Source: Octopus vulgaris (taxonomy: Eukaryota). Taken from it: 64,000 nt of DNA. The translations under genes were made by a program, and so were the position numbers. The notes under the pieces were generated by a model, which saw nothing but the letters and a program-made list of their open reading frames with translations, was not told the DNA's origin and searched no databases. Within the stretch, counting starts at the first letter, position 1; each line of letters starts with the position of its first letter. This document shows, one piece after another, positions 1 to 13,195 of the stretch. The DNA is taken from contig OX597824.1 in assembly GCA_951406725.2 (NCBI GenBank), positions 47,802,001 through 47,866,000 of the forward strand. The letters run 5' to 3'.

Positions 1-278
1 TAACAATCGTTGCGGAAGCTGACATCCATATGATCTGAAAGAACTAATTCTTTGGCATATTCGATATTTATTGGATTTCGTTCAAGAAACAATACGGCTT
101 TGTTTTCGTTGCTAGTTTCATCAGAACTGTCTTGTATTCTACCTTCGACGACCAAAAGCTTTTTGGCAGCATCTTCTCTTAAAACTTTGATGACTTGAAA
201 GTTACTTAGATCTTTCTTAACTTTATTAAACTCTTCTACTTTCTGTTTCTTTGAAGCAGGTTCTCCACTCTCCGCCAT
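1..278 (-). CDS. DCPS: m7GpppX diphosphatase (scavenger decapping enzyme DcpS), N-terminal coding region, runs off the window
   Basis: ATG at 278 (context aagATGG) opens MAESGEPASKKQKVEEFNKVKKDLSNFQVIKVLREDAAKKLLVVEGRIQDSSDETSNENKAVLFLERNPINIEYAKELVLSDHMDVSFRNDC, with no stop to the window edge. It matches the recalled DcpS N-domain pattern (F..KVLRE.A..K...G....AV..LE..P...F.ND.Y). Absent from the ORF track because it has no stop in the window. Confidence 0.85.
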   Translation of the reverse strand, partial: MAESGEPASKKQKVEEFNKVKKDLSNFQVIKVLREDAAKKLLVVEGRIQDSSDETSNENKAVLFLERNPINIEYAKELVLSDHMDVSFRNDC

Positions 279-291
279 CTTTCTTTATACG

Positions 292-360
292 CAATCATGG
301 CCGAATAGTTAATTAGCATATTTCATAATCAGGAGATCCCGGGTTCGATCTCAATGCCTG
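292..360 (+). mobile_element. tRNA-derived SINE head or tRNA pseudogene (Met-like CAT loop)
   Basis: A-box-like tggccgaatag, tcataatc loop, B-box ggttcgatc; no well-paired acceptor stem. Confidence 0.45.
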
Positions 361-539
361 AAATCATTACTAGGTGTCTTTTAATGTAGTATTTGTTTAT
401 TTAGTCTAGCTAATTAAATTTATTAGAGGAAATATTTATTATATTATAACTGTATTTGAAATGTCCAGCCATGCCACACAGTCATATTAAATTTGTGCGA
501 TTTACCTTAATGGGTGATCTTTCGGTATATGTACGTAAA

Positions 540-1170
540 AATGCCCGTAACCCACTTGGTTCTAGGTTCAATCCCACTCCGTGGCATCTTAAGCTGGTAT
601 CTTCTACTATAACCATCGGCCAACCAAAGCGTCATGAGTGGATTTGATAAGTGGAAACTGAAAATGTACTGAGTGAGTGAGTGAGAGAGAGTGTATCTGT
701 GTCTTTGTTCCCCACCATTGCTTGGCAATTAATGCTGATGTCTTTACGTTCCCGTAACTTAGCAGTTTGGCAAAAGGTACCAATAGAATAAGTACCAGGT
801 TTTTAAAAAAAAGTAATTTGTTCAACTAAAAAAGTAATTTGTTCAACTAAAAAAAGTAATTTGTTCAACTAAAATTCTTGAAGGCAGTGCCCCAGCATGG
901 CCATAAGGCAGCGAGCTGGCCGAAACGTTAGCACGCCGGGCGAAATGCGTAGCCGTATTTCGTCTGCCGTTACGTTCTGGGTTCAAATTCCGCCGAGGTC
1001 GACATTGCCTTTCATTCTTTCGTGGTCGATTAAATAAGTACTAGTTACGCACTGGGATCGATATAATCGACTTAATCCGTTTGTCTGTCCTAGTTTGTCC
1101 TCTCTGTGTGTAGCCCCTTGTGGGTAGTAAAGAAATACATAGTCTAATGACCGAAACAAATGAAAGATGT
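540..1170 (+). mobile_element. CORE-like tRNA SINE interrupted by a second SINE at 907-1137; contains a ~21-23 bp x3 tandem at 808-875
   Basis: ggttcaatcccact..tcttctactata..ccaaagc..gagtggattt, shared with copies at 32800, 48833, 55440; the tail atggcca..agtc.aatgac.gaaacaa is split by the insert. Confidence 0.75.
907..1137 (+). mobile_element. Young CpG-rich SINE with a Deu/Nin-like central domain
   Basis: ggcagcgagctggccgaaacgttagc...ggttcaaattccgccgaggtcgac..gcctttcat..ggtcgat.aaataagtac; many older copies in the window. Confidence 0.75.
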
Positions 1171-1210
1171 ATACAATATTTATGGATATCTAAAAAAGTT
1201 ATTGCACTAA

Positions 1211-1592
1211 TTACCTTTACTAAGGAAGGAGGTTATGTTTTCATTGGCGTTGAATTGTCCGTCTGTGTGCAAAATAACTCAAAAAGTTGTGAACGGTATT
1301 TGATGAAACTTGCAGGAAAAGTTGGTAATGACACAAGGAACAGAGGATGAAATTTTGGTAATGATCCTTGGAATTTTTATGGATTCTTGAACGATGTTTC
1401 ATTTGTTATATTTACTTTACATGAAGTTACGTTCTTTAATTATCTCCCTTGAAAACACGTTCCTCGTACATAACCTATGGTGACGTTGCTGTTTCCAAAG
1501 TTTATTTTCGTTTCTCCATTATTAATTTTACTTGCGTATCTATCTTAAAATGAGCTTGGCAGAGGTCTGCACTCTCAGAGTGCTTTTCTAGT
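1211..1592 (+). mobile_element. Helentron-associated non-autonomous element (HINE/DINE-1-like)
   Basis: 5' tacct..c.aagg and 3' cttggcagaggt subterminal inverted repeats, followed by a 3' hairpin gcactct-c-agagtgc and ttttctagt. Confidence 0.65.
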
Positions 1593-1711
1593 TTCAACTA
1601 CGATTGTTATATACAAGTATGAAAAAACATTCTTTGGGTGGTTTGCTGCTAGCTTCTATATTTGTATTGTTTTTTCACATATATAGAATTACATTAGCTA
1701 ATGTATGCTTT

Positions 1712-2585
1712 TGTAGGACCGTGCGAAGGAGAGGTGACTAGAATAGCTCCTTTAATACACCATGGAAAAGAGAGACAACCAATAGAATGTTTAAGAGAAA
1801 GATTTTATTGATAGGTTAATATGTGTCTGTGTGTGCGTCATATATGCATAATAATAGACAAGCTGTCTGTATACAAAGTGTGTATGTCTGTGCATAAAAT
1901 ACAGAGTATTGAAAGAGTCTATAATAGGACGCTAGAAGAATGTTCAGACACAAGGTTGATAAATACCAGTTCGTAGTCAAAGTGCACGATAGTTGAAGTG
2001 CTGTAACAAGAAGTTGAGGCTGCAATTAAGAACCAATTGAGGCACATGTCGTGTGGGAAGCTATGGCTACTATGCAGAGATGGCTACTTGGTACAGAAGG
2101 TTCTCGCAGGTTGTACTTGCTGTTAACCATGGTGAAGTAATTCACGAACAGTGCCGAGATAGAACCTGTGCAAGTGCTGCTGTGTATGTAGAGAGATGTT
2201 GACAATGTTAAGATGACAGAAGTGATGAAGAAAGTGACTGCTGTATGCTGTTGGAAGAGTGTTGCTGCATCTCCATGTGGCTGCTGTTGTGTTGTCGCTG
2301 GGATTGGCTGTGCCCTGTGTAGTCAGTGGCTAGACCTAAAAAGGTCTGGAGCTGAAAGACATCCAGATGGTGTTGAAGCTACCATTTTATATCATGCTAT
2401 CGGCTCACCGGATGTTTGGAAGAGACTGTCTCACATGACCTTATCAGAAGGCTTTGATTGGTTGGGTTGCACATTGGCGCGAAACAGAGCAAGAGACAAA
2501 CTGCACCAATACCAACCAATCAATCAGAGTAGTGGACACAACAGGGTCCAAAAGGGCAGCCAAAGGCTAGCTGTTATCTACTACA
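1712..2585 (-). mobile_element. Probable solo LTR
   Basis: TGTAG...CTACA termini; on the minus strand CCAAT boxes, TATAAAA (~2385-2391) and then AATAAA (~1804-1809) in U3-R-U5 order; TSD imperfect. Confidence 0.5.
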
Positions 2586-3204
2586 TCTGTACTTATATAT
2601 ATATATAACAGAGAGAGAGTCCGCTACACTTTCTTAATGTAAGATGGTATGGTGTGATTTGGAGGAACTTGGTTGTATATAATACATCAAGTTTCTTTGA
2701 TTTTTGTAAATGTGTGTGTATATAAGGTTAGGGAGTGTTAGTATGTGGTGTAGCACTGGAGAGTCATATTGCTTCATGTGTTTCCAGGGTTGTCTCTGAT
2801 CCATATTCTATGAACTCTGGTGAACCCCGAAGTTTGATTATATCTCATACATTTTTTCTTTTGCATACTAATGACAGCACATCTGTGTGTGACTCTACAC
2901 TTCACTTTAGTATTCTACACATGGACATCATCCACAATACAAACTAGACAGCTCACTTAGATTTGTTAAACTCCAGCGTTGATTTAAATTTCTCTCGTAG
3001 GAAAAGACAGCAATGATAGACTGGTGTCCTGTCCATGGTGAGACTTAGCTCTCATCCCATTAAAGCTACAGAAACAAGCATTGGTTCAGTGAATCATAAA
3101 TATCCATGATTCCTGATACTCAGAGTTCACTCAACAATCACTTTGTCAGTATCTCCATTTTTACCTATGTAATTGATTGACATACAAGAAATGACTCCAC
3201 ATCT

Positions 3205-3350
3205 ATATGGAATAATTACACCTTAGAGGGAAACCCAGGAAGATGCGGGATAAAGTAGTGAAGATTGACTTCAAGGTGTTGAACCTCATAGAAGAGATTT
3301 CAAAGGACCTAGATGATTGGTGATTTATAGTGATCAAGAAGACCTGCTCA
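3205..3350 (+). mobile_element. Decayed 3' fragment of an RTE ORF
   Basis: agggaaacccaggaagatgcgggataaagtagtgaag resembles the [13 protein letters not shown]-coding region of the RTE copies. Confidence 0.5.
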
Positions 3351-3769
3351 TCTCAGTAAAAATGAGGCCCTAAAAGTATATTATTTATATGCTTTTAGGG
3401 CCTCATCCCAGTCTGTTTGTGCTAGGTCTCTTCCTCACAACTCCTCTCCTTAATGCCCACCCTTCTGATTGCAGTATTGTTCACTCAGTTGCTGTAACTA
3501 TATGAGAATACAACTGTACATATTTCATCCCCCTTTTGCGCTACTAGTTATCACTTTCATTGGAACCACCTCCTTTTGTTACCAGTATTCTCAATCTCAT
3601 CCCTTACCACCTTACTTTCCACTGAATTCCCCTCTCTTTTGCTCCCACTTTCTCTTGTATACCCTCCCACATCTGTCAACAACAGCGCCCACTACCTTGG
3701 TCCTTCACTCACTATTTTCACTCCTATACACCTGACCATCTCTCTTATGCACCCATACACATTCGTTTC

Positions 3770-3950
3770 TACTCTAGGCACAAAGCCTGAAATTTTGGGG
3801 GAGGGGGCAGTCAATTACCATAGAAACTGGTACTTAATTTATCGACCCTGAAAGGATGAAAGGCAAAGTTGATCTCAGAACGTAAAGACGACGAAATACT
3901 GCTAAGCATTTTGCCCAGTATGCTAACATTTCTGCCAGCTTGCTGCCTTA
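3770..3950 (-). mobile_element. Deu/Nin-like SINE copy
   Basis: Reverse complement of the 907-1137 family (ctggtacttaatttatcgaccctgaaaggatgaaaggcaaagttga). Confidence 0.7.
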
Positions 3951-4848
3951 CACCCACACGCATATTACTTCCTTGACCTGCTCCTATTTCCTTTGCCTTA
4001 TTCCGAACTGATTGTAACCATTGACTACACCTCAACCCATGCTCACCAGTCACTGCATTCACTCCTATCCCCATCTTTATCCACCAGCAACTCTCCTTTC
4101 ACACTCTGGTGAACTTACCCACTCAACCTGTCCTATCCTCTGTTCCACTTTTCCCCTATATTCACCTTCTTATACCTTGAAAGTAACCCTGATTTCTCAT
4201 CACCAACATATCTTTTTTCCCAACTGGAGTAATCATGTATTTCCTCTATAGCAAGAAACTTGTTTCTGTCCTTCTATCATATTTTAACCTCTCAACACCT
4301 GGCATAAAGCCATTTCCTTTAACATCTCTACTCAGTTAACAGATCTTGTCTTGTAAAGTTACTCGGTGACCTTACTAGTGCAGGTTCTATGATAAAAAAA
4401 AAAGTACTCAGCATCCTGTAAAATGGTTGGTATTAAGAAGGGCATCTAGCCATAGAAACTATTCCAAAGCAGACATTGAACCTTGGCACTGTCCTTTGGT
4501 TCATGGGTTCTTGTTGAACAGTCCAACCTATGTCAGCAAGGAAAACAGACATTCAATGATGATGATAAAAATGATACTGTTCTTAATGCTTCTCCCATAT
4601 ATATTTTAATAATTTTCTCAAAAAACACCCAATATACTCTGTAAAGTGGTTGGCCCTAGGAATGGCATCCAGCTGTAGAAACCAAGCCAAAACAGACTTA
4701 TGGAATCTGTCAAGCCATCCAGCCCACGTTAGAATGGAAAACAGATGTTAAATGATAAGGATGATATTTCAGATCATATCTTAAACATATTCCTTTTCAG
4801 TGTGTTCCTGACTGCCAAAGTGAGAGACAAAGAAGAGAAGAGACTGGT

Positions 4849-4852
<4 letters not shown>

Positions 4853-4888
<36 letters not shown>
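4853..4888. repeat. (AG)n microsatellite
   Basis: Direct observation. Confidence 0.95.
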
Positions 4889-4892
<4 letters not shown>

Positions 4893-5084
4893 GGGTGGTG
4901 AAAGTTTAGGTTGAGATATGGTCTCTGTGTATATGTATGATGTGCACAGAATGAGGCTGAGGTGTATGGGAAGTTCTCAATAGCAGTTATCTAAATGTCT
5001 TTCACTTCTAGCTTTACACGTTGTACTTAGTTGACAGGTCTTTTTCTTCTACTTCTAAAACAGCCATCCAATCAGAACATTGCC

Positions 5085-8000
5085 CTTGTTGGACAATATG
5101 CATGGAGCTTCCATGGTGTACATGAAGGCTATGGTTTTGGTTCACGAAATGAGGAGGGAACAATGCTGCTGGAGTTCTGAGATGAAAATGATCTTATGGT
5201 TTGCAATACTAACTTCAGGAAACCTTCCAGTCACCTACCGATCTGGTAGACACACTAGCCAAATTGACTACATCCTCACCAGAAAAAGGAAAAGATGGCT
5301 GCTTATAAATTCCAAAACCTTCTCAGGCAAAGAATGTGCCCCACAACATAGACTGGTAATTAGTGACTTCAGGATCAGGGCTAAGTGGATGCCCAGAAGA
5401 CGACCAGCACGGAGGAGAAGGGTCTGGAAGCTTAAAGATCCTGTGAATGGACAGAGATTTAGAGACGTATTACTCAAAGCTTTTGATGAAGTAGGGGGGG
5501 ATATAGCATCACATATGTGTAAGACAACCTGCTGAGGGCCACTCACCAGATCTGTGGATGGTGCAAAGTCCCCTCTCAACCCAAGGTAACATGGTGGTGG
5601 AACAATGTTGTTGACAGGGCCATTAAGGAAAAGAAACAGGCATGGAAGGACTGAAAGTGTAGTGGTAGCAGGGAACTGTATCAGACTGCCAGAATGGAAG
5701 CTAGGAGACAGGTTTATTTAGCCAGACGGGAAGCAGATAAGAAAAAATTTGCCCATGTTCTGCATTGTGAGGACCAAAGACTTGAAGTATTTTGTGTTGC
5801 AAGACAGCATGTGAAAAAGAATTGTGATGTCGTAGGAAAGAAATGTGTCCGCATTGATGATGGTTCACTTGCATTAAGCAAGGCTGCAGAGGGGGGTGGA
5901 GACGCCACTAAATAAATAATGAGAGTGAATGGGAGAAAGAGAGTCTGCTGAATGCTGACCCAACAGAGGGACCAGCTATCCGAATTGACAGTACCTTGGT
6001 AGATAAAGCAATCAAGAGTATGAAAACAGGGAAAGCTCCTGGCTATTCAGGAATCACTGCAGAGATGCTCAAAATATTTGTACGATGTCGGCTATAGCCT
6101 AGTCACCCGTATAGTTGATACACAAAGGAGTCATACCCAATGACTGGTGTAGCAGCACCATAGTCAACTGCTACAAAGGTAAAGGTGACGCTTTAGATAC
6201 AAATAATTACAGAGGTATCAAGTTATTGGATCAGATAATGAAGGTCATGGAGAGGGTCATAGCCCAACTAATTAGGGAGAGAGTCAGTCTTGATGAGATG
6301 CAGTTTGGGTTTGCACCACTGATGCTATAAGACAGCTGCAAGAGAAATACCTAGCCAAAGATAAACCTTTGTACTTTCATTAACATGGAGAAAGCCTTTG
6401 CATAGGGTCCTCTGATTCCTTATCTTGTGTCAATGAGGAAATTAGGGATAGATGAATGGTTAGTGAGAGCTGTGCAAGCCATGTACAGGGATGCTGTCAG
6501 TGAGGTGAGGGTTAGCAACGAGTACAGTGAAAATTCTGGAGAGGGGTCCACCAAGGAACAGTCCTCAGCCCCCTCTTATTCATCATAGTCCTCCAGGCAA
6601 TAACAGAGGAATTCAAGACAGGATGCCCCTGGGTGCTCCTCTATGCTGATGACCTTGCTCTAATTGCTGAGTCACTATCAGAACTAGAGGAAAAGCTTCA
6701 GGTATGGAAGCAAGGATTAGAATCAAAGGGCCTTAGAGTCAACCTAGCTAAAACCAAAGTCTTAATAAATAGGAAGGCAGACAAACCACAAATCCCTTCA
6801 GGTAGATGGCCCTGCTCGATCTGTAGAAAAGGCGTAGGCAGAAACTCCATAAGATGTACCTAGTGTAAGCTATGGACACATAAGAGGTGCAGTAATATCA
6901 AAGGAAGGCTAACTGGGAAGATAGTTTTTGTATGTGGCAGATGCTCGGGAGCAATAAACACTGAAAATGTGCAGAGAACAACTTCTGCCACATTCCAGGG
7001 AGAAAAACTACAAGTAGTTGGTGGCTTCCGTTACCCAGGGGACTAAGTCAGTAGTGGGGGTGGATGCTCTGAAAGTGTCGCTACTAAAATAAGAATAGCC
7101 TGGGCAAAGTTCAGAGAGCTCCTACCTCTGCTGGTAACAAAGGGCCTCTCGCTCAGAGTAAAAGCCAGACTGTATGATGCATGTGTATGAACAGCCATGC
7201 TACATGGGCTGTGACTGCTGAGGACATGCGTAAGCTTGCAAAGAATGAAGCTAGTATGCTCCGCTTGATGTGTAATGTCAGTGTGCATACACGACAGAGT
7301 GTAAGCACCCTGAGAGAAAAGTTGGATTTAAGAAGCATCAGATGTGGTGTGCAAGAGAGAGAAGGCTGTGCTGGTATGGTCATGTGTTGTGAATGAATGA
7401 GGACAGCTGTGTGGAAAAGTGTCACACCCTAGCAGTTGAGGGAACCTGTGAAAGAGGTACACCCAGGAAGACTTGGGATGAGGTGGTGAAGCACAACTTT
7501 TGAACATTGGGCCTTACCGAGGCAATGACTAGTAACTGAGACCTTTGGAGATATGCTATGCTTGAGGATACCCAACAAGCCAAGTGAGACCATAATCCAT
7601 GGTCTATGCCAGTGGGTGTAACCAGCCCACTTAGTACTTTTCATTCATTGGACAATAAACTTTGCTTGCAAAGACCTGTTGAGGCAAGTGAAATCAAAAT
7701 CGCTGACGTGGCCAATCACAGTACCACCTGATTGGCACTTGTGCCAGTTGAACGCTAAAAGCACATCTGAGTGTGATCGTTGCCAGGGTCGCTGATTGGC
7801 TCCCATGCCAGTGGCACATAAAAAGCACCATTCAAGCATGGTTGTTGCCAGTGCCACTGGACTTGCTCCTGTATAGGTAGCACGTAAAAAACACCTTTTG
7901 AGCATGGTCGTTGCCAGAACTACCCGACTGGCCCTCATGCAGGTGGCACGTAAAAGCACCCACTACACTCTTGGAGTGGTTGGCATTAGGAAGGGCACCC

Positions 8001-8125
8001 AGCTGTAGAAACTTTGCCAGGTCAGATTGGAGCCTGGTGCAGCCTTCTGGTTCGTCAGATCTCAGTCAAACCATCCAGCCCATGCCAGCATGGAAAGCAG
8101 ACATTGAACGACAACGACAACGATG
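5085..8125 (+). mobile_element. 5'-truncated, degraded RTE-clade LINE (partial APE endonuclease, RT, 3' UTR)
   Basis: SQIDYIL, NYRGIKLL, LLYADDL and Cys-rich finger fragments with many stops and frameshifts; colinear with the 15084-18670 copy; 3' UTR has ~60-bp subrepeats (ggcacgtaaaaagcacc). Confidence 0.92.
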
Positions 8126-8654
8126 ACCTCATGAAAAGTGAATGATTCATATAAAACAGATTTTTACTATGATCTTCTAAGCAACTTCACCAGCTCAACT
8201 ATCCTCAGTTTACATTTTTATTCTTTTACTGGTTTCAGTCATTCGACTGCGGCCGGGGTTTTAGTCAAACAAATCGACCCCAGGATTTTTTTTTTTTTAA
8301 AGCTTAGTACTTATTCAATCAGTCTCTTTTGCTGAACTGCTAAGTTACAAGGATGTAAACACACTAACACCAATATCAAGCTGTGATAGGTCAAACACAG
8401 ATGCAAAGACATATACAGACATTTCTGCAGAGTAGTTGCTATGTTAAAAATATGTAATGTGAATGTACAAATAATGTCATATTTGTAATGGGCAGATAAC
8501 CATGAAAATTACTTTAGAAGAAATCAAATCTTAAAAAAAACAAACTAACCATTATATACAAGATGTCACTTGAAGACACACCAAATAGAGCTGTAATTCA
8601 AAAGCCATTCAAAAAATGAAACATCAAAACAATGATGATCTTAAGTTTTTTAAT

Positions 8655-8735
8655 GTTTTCCTTTAAATCAAAACCATTTCATAATTGCAATTTTTAATTC
8701 CTTTAAATTAAAACCATTTCATAATTGTAATTTTT
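8655..8735. repeat. ~39-bp direct duplication
   Basis: ttcctttaaat(c/t)aaaaccatttcataattg(c/t)aattttt occurs twice. Confidence 0.8.
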
Positions 8736-10102
8736 TTTAGAATACCGTCAAGCAGATGTATTTTAGTTCTTATTTTATTTCTATTAAAGGTTGGTTGATT
8801 TACAGAATCCTTGTAGTATTTAGTTATACTTTACATTCTGAGTTAAATACCAAGGTCCACTCATTCATCCAAGATCACCAAAGTACTAATTGGTTATGGG
8901 AGATTAATTTAACTGACCAAAGAATTTGTAGCCTTGTTTCAATGTTAGAAATCAGTATTTGATTCAGTTAACATTGGATATATTTAGCCACAAGTATTGC
9001 TCAATTCTCTTCCTCTTCACATTTCACTCTTACATTTTTCTCACCCATATTAACACATTTCAAGATCCCAGATTGAGGAGAATAACTAACTTGGAATATT
9101 TGTCTTAATTGTACAAAATGTCTTTTTACAGTTAAAAATGTGGAAACAAAACATTTGTTGACATAAAAATTTATGCTGCTACAATACGTTTTACATGAAA
9201 AACTGGATGTTTGGAAGACAGATAAAAATAGGTAGTGTTGCTAGCACAGAAAATAGACGTTAAACGATGATGATGATGATGATGAAATAAGAAACACTTT
9301 CATGTCACAGAAAGAATGACTCATTTAACATTCCAATAGCTTTCAGTTTTAAGGAACACAAGTTGTGAAGTTTGACACACAACACAAGCACACACTGGTT
9401 TATTGTACATAATACCCAACTTCTCAACCTCTTGGCTAGAAACATCAGCAAGCTTTAGTTATTTCAAAGAGGGATAAGTGGAAAACAAAATCTGCCAGTT
9501 TGAGAGATGAATGTAAAAAAAAATGTTAATTCATCATCTACTGACTGAGCTATGCGGGCGGGCTAATGTAAAATGCTTTCTAGAGTAAATTTTTGTTGAA
9601 TCTTTTTTAAGAGAAAGTTATGCACTAGAAAATATGTATTTTTGTTGGTCCAAAATTAAGAATTTATGTACTTGACAATTTATATTTTTATGTATGTTCT
9701 TATTGTTTTCTACCCTTTTGCTAGTAAGTATCTGGTTGGTTCACATAGAAAGGACCATTTACTCAAAGGAAGTTCAGAGACAGCCAAATTCAAATTGAGT
9801 TTATTTGCGATTAAAAACGTTTAGAAACAAATTATGATATTTAAAAAAGACCTTCAAGTAAAAGAATATATATATATATATATATTAAAATATAAAATAA
9901 AATAAAATATAAAACAAAATAAAAATAGTGAAAGAGGGTAGAGATTTGGATAAATAAATATTCAGGGACAAAAATAAAAAAAAAAAACGTTTTTTAACTT
10001 TCACTCATTCATCAGTGTTAATATTTCCCTTGTAGACTTCAGATTCAGATTACACAAGCATGGCCCAAGTTACATTAACAATTACACTCAAAGATACTAA
10101 AT

Positions 10103-10165
10103 TCAAAGACTTGTTTGTGTGAAATTTCTTGTTCTCAAGGGTTTTCTCTCAGGCTGAGCTTCGTG
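10103..10165 (-). CDS. Candidate terminal coding exon of the NuMA-like gene (HEAQPERKPLRTRNFTQTSL*)
   Basis: Good acceptor (ttgtcatttcag), phase-0 basic peptide, then stop and ~1.5 kb of AT-rich UTR-like DNA; alternatives such as an acceptor at 22261 (AKYSLLCT*) cannot be excluded. Confidence 0.3.
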   Translation of the reverse strand, partial: HEAQPERKPLRTRNFTQTSL

Positions 10166-12879
10166 CTGAAATGACAATTTTAAGTTAACATTAAAAACCA
10201 AAATATTTAATCAATTCTAATTACAAGATTTCAAAGATTCTGTAATAACAGTATACAACAATAAAATTAGTACGAAAAAATACATAAAGTGGAATATTTT
10301 GTTGCAGTGTGAAGTAGAGGGAAATTAAGATTTTCAGCAGTGTTCTTTGTCATTTCTTTAAGGCAAGACCAACACCTCAGATGTAGGAAAACACTCCTAA
10401 ATTGACGATGTTCTCACTCAGCAGGAATAAAACCCAGGCAAACCAAATATGGCATATATCAAGAACAATGTTAGTTCTATCAAAAAACATAATATTCAAA
10501 TTTTCATATCTATTCATGACCTAATTATAAATTCAAAATGACCAACAAGGCAAACACACACTTATTTTAGGTCAATTTTTCTACCAAACTATCAAAGATA
10601 ATATGCTCTAACTTGGAATACCAACATATTGGGGTACAGACTAGATGCTGAATCAAAGACATTGATGAAGTTAGCCTAGATTTCATTGTGGGGTCGCTCA
10701 TAGCCATATGCAACAGTTCAAGCGATTTTGACCCCTGGGTAGTAGCATTCAAGTGTCTAATCACACTAGGCAAGTATCAAAGTAATACATGCAAAATTTC
10801 AGCCTATTACATCAATTATTCTCAGAGATATCGTGACCTAAAGATTGCTACTCATAGTCAGAAATGTAATTTTGAGAAAAACGCAGAAAATGGTGGAAAT
10901 GGCTGATTTTACAACTGCCCAACTACACAAGGATAATATCCACATTTTAGTGAAGTATTTGCGGTTTTGCCGAGTCTGATAATACCCAGAGGCATATCCT
11001 TTGCTATTTTTCTGAGATTTTGCTATCTGAAATCTGAAGTATTAGTCTTGCCTTAATGAAAGGTGCTCAAAAATATTAGGCCTTTCTTCCCATCATAACT
11101 TACTTGATGTGATATGTTTTATATGTAAAAATCACCAAAAGATCTCATGTATCACATGAGAAGTGAAAACTTACATTTTGTAGATGAATTAAGACACCAT
11201 GTGTCTGATAGTGAAATTGTTTATATTTGTTCTCTGCATTCTAAACAAGGTCCTATTTGTTTTAGTCCCATCTCTTTAATACCAACATATTTTATTGACA
11301 CCTTTTAAAGATGATTCTGTTTTGCAATACAAGTTGAATTAAAACTGAAGTTTATCATTAACATCATTGCTATTTAATGTCTGTATCCCATGCTTGAATG
11401 GGTGAGAACAGTTTGATAGGAACTGATGTGTCCAAAGACTGCATTGTGCTCCAATGTCTACTTTGACATGATTTCTGAGTCCTTCCTAACACCAACCACT
11501 TTACAGGGTGTACTAGATGCATTTTTCATGCCACCAGCACTGGTGATGCTGCCATGCAGTTTCCAAGACTATAAACCCCAAAGAAAGGCAGCTTTATGCA
11601 AGGAGATGAGAGGTTAAAGTATGAGAAAAGGGGCTAGAGCATAACAAGTTTCTTGCTGTAAAGAAATTTAGAATAGGGAAGGGGTAATTGAGGAAGAGAT
11701 AAATTAGTGGTGAAGAGGTAGCAGTGCGAACCCTCAAGATATGAGGTGAGTAGAAGTGAATGAGCGAGGAAGAACTGGGAGTATGGGTAGGGAGAAGTCG
11801 AAAGAGTAAATGGGAGAGTGTGAGATGGAGAATGGCTGAGGTAGTGAATATAATGGAAGAAGAACGAGTGTTGAGTGTATAAAGGAACTAGCGAAGCTTC
11901 CTCTTCCTCTTTTTCTCTAATCAAGTGAAAACATTACTGACCAGCTAAGTCATGGAATGACAAGCAGAATTATTATAAGATTGGAGACATATTTATACTT
12001 TGTACAGTCTCTAACTCTTCAGGACTATGGAAATCTAGAGTTTATGGTGCAATTTTAGTTATGTGATATACAAATGGTCACCATGAAAGACTGATAACTA
12101 TAAAGATTAGTGTTTGAATGGAGAAGAGAATTAGCTGTATTAACTAATTGTAGACAATAACAAGAAATAGAAGCTAATTTAGAATCAACAACAATAAAGA
12201 TCACAAAACTGGCTAAAATGATTTCAAGAATAACAGGGTATGGCTAAGTTATATAAATATAAATACAAAAAAAAATTAATAAATGATAGAAAAATTTGGA
12301 AAGTACTCCTCTCCAGTTCTCAAAAAAACAAAAAATTGTTATAATATTTTGGGTTGGAAGAATTTTCTGTTAACAATCACAATACAAAATAAATAATAAT
12401 GTTGATTTCTTAGTTAGGCATAAAGTGACAGATTAATGAATGATGTTAGCAGTTAGAGAATTATTTAAATATCAAAACTTTTGAATAGTTTCAGTATGGT
12501 GTCAGAAACAGACATTGATAACACTTAGCTAAATAATAATTATAAACCATTTTAATCAATAAATATATTTACCAGAATACTCCTTATTAGACTCTAATGA
12601 GTGTGGGTATATAATGTAAAAGTTGTGATCTGATAATTCCTAAAGAGAAAACCTCAAATTCAGAAGCATAGAAATCTCTCTCACCAGGTAACCATGTACA
12701 CTCTCTATAGCAAGACACCTATTTCACTGTTACACTAAGCTGTCATCATATGATACTGGATCACCTCCTCTAATGCTCCTTCCGTTGAGGCAGACACCTG
12801 CTTCAGTCTCTCTGTCACACTTACCTTTTATCCTCCTTAAATGCCCTGCCCCTCTCACAATCCCTTGATTTGTGAGTTA

Positions 12880-13181
12880 GTTGGTTACCCTGCCAGTGCT
12901 GGTGCCATGTTAAAAGCATCCAGTCCACAATGTAATGTGATTGTTGTTTGGAAGGGCATCCAGCTGTAAAAATCATGCCAAAACTAACTTTGCCTGTGCT
13001 AGTGCCACATAAAAAGCACTGAGTCCACTCTGTGGTATAGTTGGTGTTAGGAATGGCATCCAGCCATAAAATCCCTGCCAAAATAGACACAATAGCCTTG
13101 GGTAGTTTTACTACCAGGCCGGCTCCTGTCATCCATCCCACCCATGCATGTATGGAAGATGGACATTAAACGATGACAATG
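12880..13181 (+). mobile_element. Short element made of the RTE 3' tail (older); its (AT)n end is the target of the full-length RTE
   Basis: gttagg.a.ggcatccagc..taaaa...cccatgc...ggacattaaacgatga. Confidence 0.7.
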
Positions 13182-13195
13182 ATATATATATATAT

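Noticed and set aside
292-360. Functional tRNA-Met gene
   Set aside because: Acceptor and anticodon stems do not pair convincingly; treated as a SINE head or pseudogene
2213-2608. 131-aa Cys-rich ORF
   Set aside because: Lies antisense within the LTR-like, TG-rich sequence and has no recognisable domain or splice context
10630-11050. Possible non-autonomous DNA transposon
   Set aside because: The interior looks repeat-like but no TIR or TSD could be defined
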